Of a stretch of DNA of 64,000 nt, positions 54,201 to 64,000 are shown one piece after another; position 1 is the first letter of the stretch, and every line of letters begins with the position of its first letter. The position numbers and the translations under genes were made by a program. The stretch is from positions 9,176,001 through 9,240,000 of the forward strand of contig CM102283.1 in the NCBI GenBank assembly GCA_046563655.1, given 5' to 3'. The notes under the pieces were generated by a model. The model did no database searches and was not told the origin of the DNA. It worked only from the letters and a program-made list of their open reading frames with translations. The stretch is from Yuukianura sp. NJ FZ-2021. Its lineage: Eukaryota.

Positions 54201-55034
54201 TAGTTCATCTAAATTACAAAGAAAGTTTTCAAAATTTTGTTATTTTTCGATTTTGTTGAAAATTACGTCAGTTGACGTGAGGAGCAAGCGCTGCCGGTTG
54301 TAACAAACAGCCGTGTCTTTGGGAAATGCTTTCTTGCATTTTAAAAATAAAAATTTCACTTTTTTTTTTTTTAAAAATTTCCAATTCAAATTAGAAGAAG
54401 ATAATTTCTAATTTCCACTTTTGATAGATTACACTAATTAAAATTAAATTAAATTCCTTACAATTTACGTCGGAAAAATCGCACAAGCGGGGTCCACTTA
54501 AAACGCTATAAAAATTTCAAAATTTTGACGGCTGTTACGTATTTGGTAGTAGCATTTTTGTCGCCACGAAAACGCTACTAAATGCGAGAAATGAGAATAA
54601 AATCATTTTTTGGCAAATATTACACCAAGAGATAAGAAAAGTGCCGTAATAAAATGGACACAAAAATGGCATATTTAGCTACGCATTTGTCGCGGCGTAG
54701 TAAGTGCCAAAATTGCGTACCACATCATTTTTGCCGTCAAAACTAATGAACCTGCTTTTGGACCATTTCGGCCAAATGACACCATTTCATCGTAAGAAAA
54801 TAAATTTCAGAGGTCATTTTCGCTCCCTTCGAGGTCAAATCTCAAATTTCATCAAAATCTAAAATAGCCAAGTCGTGCCTACTCCTCACATGTTCGGCAA
54901 TAAAATAAAATTTGTCATACGTGGATTCACCTGGGTGCACAGTTCATTTACTGCCTTACGCCAACCTAAGAATGTAATTGAAGTTGCTACGGGAAACACA
55001 ATTTGAAAACCTTCTTTGTAATTTAGATGAACTA
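54201..55034. mobile_element. Non-autonomous TIR element with TAGTTCATCTA termini
   Basis: tagttcatctaaattacaaagaaagttttcaaa / tttgaaaaccttctttgtaatttagatgaacta; TA on the left side only. Confidence 0.8.
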
Positions 55035-55062
55035 ATAGAGTATATTAGAGTTTTTTTTTATA

Positions 55063-55280
55063 TACAGTGAGCGCCAGCTAAAACCATACATCCAGAATTG
55101 TTTAATTTTGCAACTGTGGAGGGAAAACATGTGAAATTACGCGATTTGCAAAAATTTCGCCATAAGAATGTAACTGAAGTTTCACCATTCTGAGTTACGT
55201 TTCCCGCCATGTTTACCAAATTTTCACCTCGTTTCTACGGAAACAAAATAGGGGTGTATGGTTTTAGCTGGCGCTCTATA
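55063..55280. mobile_element. ~215-bp MITE
   Basis: 22-bp inverted repeat gagcgccagctaaaaccataca / tgtatggttttagctggcgctc in TA context. Confidence 0.7.
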
Positions 55281-55628
55281 TTTAGTTTATAACTTTTATT
55301 TTGTAAACTGAATACATTACGGCTCATGTGACGATACATAATTCGTAATACACAGTAGGAACTTGATTTAACATGAAAAACTAGGAGGATAGATCGAGTT
55401 TTGAATGAACTCAAGACTTGACATTTAGAGCTAAACTGTAGTAGTAGTAGATTCATTATTTAGGAAAAGTGTTAGAATTTACGATAAATGTAATGTACAG
55501 GAAACACGATCCACCGAATTCTTCATTCTTACTTCAAACACAGAACGTTGTCATCTGTTTCCATACTTTACTGAGATAATAATAGTATTGATCATGACAG
55601 CGGTTTTCTCTTGTCGCCTGTCGCGTTC

Positions 55629-58600
55629 TTAGCTATCTCCTGTTGGAGTTAATTCAGTGACAGAATCTTGGGAGTCACTTACGACATCAGAAGCAGACGG
55701 TGCTTCAGTACTCGTCTCTGCTTGGATAGCGTTGATGAACGCTTCCAAGTTTCCATTTTGTGCAGCCGTGACAGCATCGGCGGAGAATCCAAACTGCGCG
55801 ATCTGTGGGCCAAGTTGTCCAGTGGGGAAAGCAGCACAGAACGCACTCAATGCACTCTGAAACTGCGGAGATTTAAGGGTCTCCTCCACATGTTGAGCCG
55901 CTCCTTCGGATGTCTCGGCTCCACCGAATCGAGGAAGAAGTGGGAGCACCTCGTCCCCATCTTCAGTGGTTTCTTGAGATGTCTCGACTCCACAGAATTC
56001 ATGAAGAAGAGGAACCAATTTCTTTTTCTGGACGGTGTTGGGACAGGCCGTAATGCGCTGGATGGCATCACTGCTCACATCAGAGTCCAAATCAACTGCA
56101 AAATTAGTTGAAAACGTTAATTAATCAAAGAAAGGATTATTGTTGATTAATTACTTCGCTCCTTAACTTTACCTTGAACTTCGGGAAGAGTAGTTTGCAT
56201 TCGAGTGAGAATGGACTGGAGATCTTCTTCTTTATCTTCTAGTTGAATGGGCCCAGGAGCATTGGCGGCAGGAGTCTTCGGAGCTACCGGGGTATTGGGT
56301 TTCTTCACTTTCAGAAGAGATTGTGGTTTAGGTCCAGTGCCCGTACCCGTACCACTACCACCATCACTGGAAGCAGTTTCAGTTGCAGTCGAAGCAGCTC
56401 CGTCAGTACTGCTACTTCCTCCTCCTCCTCCGCCAAGGTTGGCCAATCCCGGAGCAAGCTGGTTCAGTTGCGCCAATAGTCCGGATCCTTAAGACAAAAA
56501 CACAGGAAACAATTCAATAGCCGTTGCTGAAGCAAGCTTTAAGCATTTACTATGTGAACTTACCTCCCATTTCACTCATTCCACCTAGCAGTTGCATCGG
56601 CTGAGACTGACTCATACTACCGACCAAGTTTTGCATCTCCTGTTCCGATGCACTCGGCGTCACACTGCCACTGGCTGCTCTTCCGCCTGATCCACCAGGG
56701 TTGTTCAAATTTTCATATTTCATTAGAGGTTGTTTAGACAAAAGATCGAACGAAAGCAGGACGTGCGGTCCTTTAGGGGCCATGAGGGGTGGACCGAAAT
56801 CAAGTGACATTGGCCGTTTTGGATCACGCAAATAGTTGTTGAAGTAAGCCACCTACCAAACCAAAATCAAGTTAATACTGCGAGGGGTTGTTTAAATTTT
56901 GGCATTCCACTCACCTTCTTTTTGACTTCCTCGATTTGTTCGACATGCTCGGTTTGAATGTGATTTCGAACGGACTCAGGCTCATTGAAAACGTTTCCGG
57001 AAAGGAGACACTCCCAGTTGTTATTTCCATACTTCTGCGTACTCGCTGTGATGAACTTTTCAACTTCAACATCTTCGTCCATACTGCCTAGGGATCTGCA
57101 CTCTTCGTCCGTTAATGGTTCCGACTTTTCGCAGAAAGTCGCAATCTTTTGTTCAAAGTTTCGTTTATAATCTTGCAACTCCGGCAAAACAACCTAAAAC
57201 ACAGGTCACAGGTAAAACACGTTCAACTGACTGGCAGAGTTCTTTCAGAATCAATGTTGGCTTTTTAAAACTTACATTAGAAGTGGGTGGAAGTCCGCGA
57301 ACATTCAAAATCTCAAGCCGATTGGGCCTGCCATCTTCGTAAGGATACTCGGCATGGTTGTAGTAATCCAAACTGTGCACAAACCGCAAGTAGAAAATAA
57401 GACGATCAAGAACTTGAATCAACTCTTCGTCCCTAAAATTCAAAAAAATTCATTTTCAAAATTTCAAAATTCCAAAACCTATGAAAAAAAAAAAAGAAAT
57501 CTCAGAATGCCCCACCTTTCAATTGAATTTCCCTTCTCAGAATTGCGAGACTCTCCAGGTTCCAACTCTCCGTCACTTCCGCCACCCATTGCCAGCAATT
57601 CCTCTTCTTCCGCCGATGCTTCCTCAATCAAGTAGTCCGTGATATTTTTCAAAACAGGATTAGTCGAATACACACCAAAACTTTCCTTCTTTCCTGCCTC
57701 TGGATCTTCATCCCACAAGTTCCACTTAGAATCCAAAAAGTGAATGACTTGTGCTGCCAAGCGAATGTCATGGCGAACAATCATTTTGTGTGCAGTAATT
57801 CCATTGACAGTTCGAACTCTGCGTGTCAAGTCAGGAAAGACAACGGCTTCCAGTTTGGCACCTTTCACTTCAATGTTGTTCAACTGGCGAGAGATTTCTA
57901 AAAACAGAACAAAAATGATGAAAACAAACATAAATTCTAATTGTTTAGAATTCTTTTAATGTTGGCACCTTTGATGTCAACGTTCCGTTTAAATGTGACC
58001 CAGCCATGACGGTACCATTGACCGTTGACCTCTTGTGGATCGGTCAAAGCCGAACGCAGGAACCCGTCATGCTTCAAGCAAATTCCGTCCACTTCGGCTT
58101 TCGACACACTCGCCGGAATATTTCGAAGAAAGACAGACGAAGTTTTATGAAGTTGTGGAAGTTCCTCTACTTCTGGCTCTTCTACTTTCCTTTTCTCTTC
58201 AACTTTTGGTGGAGCTTCCTGTGCACCTTGTCCAGATTCTTCGTCATCCAGAGACACAACAGACTGGGGCCCACCAGAATCCGCACTGATTCGTTTCTTC
58301 CTTGGAGATTCCACTTTAGACTGCTCCTCTTCTCCAGTATCTTGTTTATCTTTAATCAAAATGAATTTTTAGTTAGTTTAAAATAACTTTTCAAAAAAAT
58401 TATTACTGCTTCAGTCACCTTCTCTGCCTTCTTCATCTGACTCACTGGCAGCTCCAACTTCATCGCCCGCTGAATGCTTAGTTTTCTTCTTCTCAGTTCC
58501 GTTCTCCTTGCTCTCTTCTTTCTCCAATTCCGAAGTACGGATGTCTTTGATTGGGGATGAAATGGAAATCGATGGACGATTGGATCGAGGCTCGGTGCTC

Positions 58601-59256
58601 AGAACTTTGGCTGCGAATTCATCACTGTCGTCTTCCAGCCGAATGACGTACCAGTCCATCAACTTCGTCAACTTCTCAGCCTGCGAAGCATCCAAAGTGA
58701 TTCCCTCGAAACGTTTCTTGTCCATAAACTCCATAAAAATGTTCACCCGTTTCTAAAAAAAACGAAAATTCTCAAAGTAATGCGACTTTAATTATTAATG
58801 GAATGCATTTTGACAAGTAACAGTTGATCACCCACCTTCAGATTTTGGTATTGCTCTTCCTTCTTCTTCGTGCTCTCGTCTGGATGGTACTTGTTCTTAA
58901 ACCTGGAGTAAGAAATGATACAAACAAAAGTAATTAGTAATTGAATAAATTATATCATTCCTACAGTAATCATGGAGCTATAACATTATTAATTGAGAAC
59001 AACGTAACAATTAAATTAATGTTAGTATTGCATCATTTCAACTTCATCATTCATGAAGTACACAGACGATTGGCAGTTTGTGCATGATTATATTTATAAT
59101 TTAACCATATTTACAATATTTACAATTTGACCATTAGGGAATATAATTGTAACACATAAACTGCTTTGAAACTTACCAATCTTCATAACGATGAGCTAGA
59201 AAGAAGCCATTGAGACGCGCGGTAGTTGAAATTGCAGGGTCCGGAGGGGGTGCCAT
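55629..59256 (-). CDS. Chimeric Ars2(core)-Rpn13(C-terminal DEUBAD) fusion gene, ~916 aa from ATG 59256
   Basis: Exons 59177-59256, 58836-58902, 58419-58752, 57969-58349, 57516-57897, 57276-57432, 56915-57193, 56564-56852 (junction exon), 56173-56487, 55629-56095; all GT-AG, phases compatible, no internal stop. Start and last exon are uncertain. Confidence 0.85.
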
Positions 59257-59398
59257 AATCCTCCGAGTGAATTTGGATTTCAGAAACGTGAACGCTGTAA
59301 AAAACAAGAAAAATTTTGTGGTGTGATTTTGCTCAATGTCGTACCGGTATCGCCTACCGCGATCTACAATATGTCAAACTTTTGTTAGATAAAGAATA

Positions 59399-59599
59399 TT
59401 AAAATATCTTTGAGAAATAATTTTTACACTCATTCAGAATGACACCCAACACGGCGAATGCCGTAGCCCCACAAACAAACGAGCAAATGGTTTTGAACTG
59501 TGACGGCTCCAAAAATACTTCGATCAGTATATAAAATGTTAAGGGAATTACAAATAAACAAACGAGACACACGAACGAACACAGGGTTCTCCGGTCCAT
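59399..59599 (-). CDS. Small two-helix hydrophobic ORF; possible first exon of the chimera
   Basis: MDRRTLCSFVCLVCLFVIPLTFYILIEVFL...ICSFVCGATAFAVLGVILNE; phase-1 donor at 59427 fits acceptor at 59295. Confidence 0.5.
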   Translation of the reverse strand: MDRRTLCSFVCLVCLFVIPLTFYILIEVFLEPSQFKTICSFVCGATAFAVLGVILNECKNYFSKIF

Positions 59600-60956
59600 G
59601 TCCACGGTTGTTTGAGACTGAAAACTAAAAAGAAAACTGACTTACTTGGTTGGTTTATGAGTCGCCTTAATCCACAGCCAAGAAGGAAACAAAGGAGAAA
59701 AAACATGAATCGCAGCAAAGTAGAAACTAAATAAAAAAGATTAACCAATATTATCTTGAATGTTTAATAAAAGTACCTGCGTCTGACAACGGTTCATGTA
59801 CATGAATGAAATCTAATTAGTTTTATAAAGACGCCTGCCTTACCTGTATCCAAGATGGTAGGCTGATTATGAGAAACGATGTCATCCACTGGTACTTCAG
59901 TACCATTTGCTTTATCCATTGCCAAGTGATTATCTTTCTGACTGACCGATACTGACCTCTGTTTCCTTCGTATGCGTCAGAACGATGACCTTGACAGGTT
60001 AATGGACAGGGACAAGTTCAAAACAGACCTACAATCGGTCGTGGAACGGTGGAACTCACTGACTGTCGATTGAACAATAAAAAATAAAAGAAGTTGTTTA
60101 TCACAGTCTTCTCACTTAAGTTCTTAACAACTGCGTTGCCTCTGGGTTGGTATTCTAGTTGAGGTAAACCTAATCTGCATCGATTGTAACCAAGGCGAAA
60201 CTACCGACGCCAATTCCTTACGACCCTGTGTTTACATTCAGGTCATCACAAAACACAAGAAAACCCTACTACACTACAATTACATTACAACTATTGAATT
60301 AATACCAAAATGGCGCCGGTGGCAGGTACCACTGTGTGGTTACAGTGGGTGCAATGTAAGGTAAGCCCAACCAGTGTTTTTGCGTTGCTACTCTTTTTTC
60401 AAAAGTTTTTGAATCTTTTAAACTTCGCGGTTGCGGCATACGCAAGTCTGTGTCCGGTATTCTCGCACACAGTGCTGTCACCCACTCTGCAGTGTTGGGA
60501 ATCCACACGAGATTTTTCAAAATTGAAATTTAGTTTTGTTTCCTTGACAACGAAATTTTGTATGATCGAGTTCCAAACACCGTTTTTTCATTTTAAAGAT
60601 ATTATTATATTATATATTATTATATTATATTATATATTATTATATTATATTTTTTATAGAATTCCTTCAAATTGCCAAGTTTGCTTCCTCCGAGGCATGA
60701 CCTTGCCACTATACCTTTTGACCTCCAGTTGACCTTGGTCAGTATTTGGTATTTGTTGGACAGCATGTCTTCGAAACGTAAGAAACACAATGTTGTGAGA
60801 ATTTCATAGTCATGAAGACATGACGCCTCTGAAGGAAGTTGAAAAAGGAAGGAATGCAAGAAAACGCTTTAGAGTCACATCTAAACAAAACTTGTCCCAG
60901 CTTAATATGAGTTTAGGTTTAGAGTTTATTTTTTTGAAGTTTATGTTGAATTGGGA

Positions 60957-62586
60957 TTAGTCTACATTCATGTCCTCGACCTGTAAGAATCAACGATAAT
61001 GCCGAAAATTAGAATGCTAGTCAATTAGTAACTCGTCTGTATTGAGACAACGGAAAATGGTCACTTACCACATCAGAAGTAGCTGGTGCTTCAGTACTGG
61101 TCTCTGCTTGAATAGCGTTGATAAACGCTTCCAAGTTTCCATTTTGTGCAGCCGTGACAGCATCGGCGGAGAATCCAAACTGAGCAATCAGTGGGCCAAG
61201 TTGTCCAGTGGGGAACGCAGCACAGAAAGCACTAAGGGCAGTCTGAAACTGCGGAGACTTAAGGGTCTCCTCCACATCCTGAGCAGTTCCCTCCGATGTC
61301 TCGGCTCCACCAAATTGGGGAAGAAGTGGGACCAGTTTCTTGACGGTGTTGGGACAGGCCGTTATGCGCTGGATGGCATCAGTGTTCATAGCGGAGGCCA
61401 AATCAACTGCAAAAAATAGTCAAAAACGTTTATTAATCGAATAACTGCTTAATCTTGATTAATTACTTCGTTTCTTAACTTTACCTTGAACTTCGGGAGC
61501 AGTTGTTTGCATTCGGGTGAGAATGGACTGGAGATCTTCCAGTTGAATAGGCCCAGGAGCATTGGCGGCAGGAGTCTTCGGAGCCACTGGGGTATTCGGC
61601 TTCTTAACTTTGAGCAAAGACTGCTGCTTAGGTCCAGTGCCCGTGCCACTACCACCACCACTGGAAGCAGTTTCAGTTGCAGTCGAAGCAGCGCCGTCAG
61701 TACTGCTACTTCCTCCTCCTCCCCCGCCAAGGCTGGACAATCCTGGAGCAAGCTGGTTAAGTTGTGCCAGCAATCCGGGACCTTACAACACAAACACAAA
61801 GAAAACAATGTAACAATGTTGAAGCAAGATTTAAGCATTTACTTTATTACTTTGTGTACTTACCTCCCATGTCACTCATTCCACCCAGCAATTGCATCAG
61901 CTGAGACTGACTCATGCTACCGAGCAAGTTTTGCATCTCCTGCTCCGATGCACTCGGCGTCACACTGCCACTGGCTGCTCTTCCGCCTGATCCACCAGGG
62001 TTGTTCAGAGCCTCGTTGACCTTAAAATCAAACGAAAATTGACAATTTAGTGACGATTTGCAACATGGATGTTAGTTGTTCGCTGTTTTACCTTCCAAAC
62101 CAAGTCGTCGTCACCGTCATCCTTGGGTTCTTGCATCCAAAAGAAAAGCTTCCTGGCGCTGACCTTGAACTTCAACAAGAATACTCGAGAGCCTTCCTTG
62201 CATTGAGTCACCTTCTTGTACTCACAATCTAGAAATCAAATGTTAGAAATGAGAAATCAAAATCCATCGTTGATGACTTGCTGGAAGTCCTCATACCGTC
62301 CGGAAACACGATCAGATCCTGGAAATACAAAATCCATTTTACAAGCTCAGCTTAATCCATATAAAAAGTCCAGAAATATGTGAGTCTTCAGACGACTTAC
62401 ATCTTCAAGCGTTCCAGTCTTACGATCCTTCCAGCAAAAGTGAGTCAGACCATCTTCCGACTGGAAGATAAAGATCAGTCCTTTTCTCTTGTCAGGCGAA
62501 ACCAAGTTGCCCACTTGATTCATCTTTCCAGCTCGGAACTCCACGATGTTCTTGGGTTGACGACCGCCCAACAGTCCTGAAGCCAT
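60957..62586 (-). CDS. ADRM1: Proteasomal ubiquitin receptor Rpn13/ADRM1 (intact parent)
   Basis: Exons 62401-62586, 62297-62318, 62092-62228, 61864-62020, 61485-61781, 61069-61406, 60957-60980; Pru ([21 protein letters not shown]), DEUBAD ([11 protein letters not shown]...GQLGPL), ends VEDMNVD*. Confidence 0.93.
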
Positions 62587-63632
62587 CTTTCCTTTCTGAA
62601 AATTCGACAAGGAAAACATTTGTAACACTTTACTGAATCCTGACCTCAGTAACACCGCTCAATGACTGATTAATGAACTGTTCCAGCTTAATCAACGTCT
62701 GTCTTCTCTGTGTCTACAGAGTCAGCTGTTCGTAAGGTCAGGGTCAAAGACCTGCCGAACAAAACGACTGCCATTTACGTATTACTTGTAAATCTAACTA
62801 ACGCGTAATTAACTTTACCTGATATTGATTACTTGCAAAAAATTTCAGTTACACTTCGTAAATGATAAATCTCAGCTGAAAGTGTAGCCAATTTAATTAA
62901 GGAGCAACGATTAATCACTTTTTTGAATTACTAATTGATAAAGAGGAGTAGCAGCAGATGACAAGTGAAAAATGAAAGTGAGGAAATGCGGGTAATTTTT
63001 TGTGCAACCCGCACCACCGGCTCTTTCCCCACCAAATCACCGCTGGGCATATTCACAAAATCATCATTTTCACACCTCCATGATGTTAAGCAGTTTATAA
63101 GTTAATTAATCTTGTAAACTTAATAATAGAAACTAATTAACTCAGTTTAGAGTGCTAAATATTGTATGATAGATTTACTAATGTTTAAGCAAAATCTTTA
63201 AGAAGTCTCAAATTCCCCAATTTTCGGGGATTCAAAATTCAAAATTTCCAAAAAGGCGCCAAAGTGTCATTTTTTTTGAACCGTGGCCTTGAAACCAACC
63301 GCCGACATTGACATTATTTCCTGTGTTGACGAAAATCGACAATTTGGGATGAAAATGTTAATTAATCGTTAATTAGCCAACCGTGGAACTTGCAGGTACA
63401 GGTTCCGGTCAGTTGATTCTCCACTCAGGTCAGTGCCGATCAGTATTGATAAACTTTCCGTAGATAAATTTTGAGGTTAACATAAAAGTTAGGCCGTTGT
63501 TCGTTGTAGACTTTGATTGCGCAAGGCAAACCGTACCGTACCGTAACGGCGATACCGATGCCGGTGCGGGACAAGTCGAAGGAATTCCAGTGTTACCGGT
63601 ACGTTCCAGTTTTGCTGTTGATGCCATTTCAT

Positions 63633-64000
63633 TCATTTGTTCAGAAATTTGAACGTTGGTCTTGTCAATTCCATCTTTTGTTGTTTGTCAGGATGTTCAG
63701 TGCCAGCACAGCACCAGTCATGCTCTTCGCCAGAATCTAGCATGACTTGGAACGACGAAGTTTGTGGTGTCATGACTGTACTGCTTCTGCTGGTACAGAC
63801 AGCGTGATCTTTCGTAACCTCCTTTCCTCTCCTTTCATCTTCATGTTCTGGGTAAGGAAATACTTGTGTTTGTTCATTTTCTGGAGCAAGTTGGAGTCAA
63901 GCGATGTGTTTCTTTTCTTTTTTGGTGAATGGAATGAAGAGCGGAGATGAGATTAGACTGGCGCCGGTCCCCTCTTACCACCAACACCACCGTCGTCGTC
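63633..64000 (-). CDS. Possible 3' end of an unidentified gene entering from the right edge
   Basis: Phase-1 donor gtaaga at 63978 and acceptor ctccag at 63881 join DDDGGVG to an open 82-codon frame ending at 63633; no recognisable domain. Confidence 0.3.

Noticed and set aside
55629-59256. Chimera as a haplotig or assembly duplication artefact
   Set aside because: Many substitutions in exons and introns, frame-preserving indels and a distinct linker; not a near-identical copy. Read support should still be checked.

Overview
AT-rich eukaryotic (arthropod-like) genomic DNA with short GT-AG introns. Conventional genes: first coding exon of the aquaporin-family gene big brain (-), a type II membrane LDLa/SRCR/trypsin serine protease (+), RCL1 (+), an MBOAT1/2-type lysophospholipid acyltransferase (+), kinesin-3 KIF13/Khc-73 (+), Ars2/SRRT (-), CAP/capulet (+) and Rpn13/ADRM1 (-). 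The notable part is 37.6-62.6 kb. Besides intact Ars2 and Rpn13 there is (i) a fully spliceable, in-frame chimeric gene joining the Ars2 core (RRM, zinc finger) to the Rpn13 C-terminal UCH37-binding DEUBAD half (55.6-59.6 kb), and (ii) a separate small gene carrying the Ars2 N-terminal piece the chimera lacks (40.0-40.8 kb); the two homology breakpoints coincide within a few nucleotides. Each derived copy is preceded by a mutually similar hydrophobic ORF that can plausibly be joined in frame. The chimera has lost the Ars2 CBC-binding tail, the zinc-finger effector-binding lysines and the Rpn13 Pru domain. The region is packed with nested non-autonomous DNA transposons (Tc1/mariner-like, hAT, Transib, Harbinger-like, a 967-bp foldback). 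All calls were made by eye; exon coordinates are manual and nothing was database-checked.
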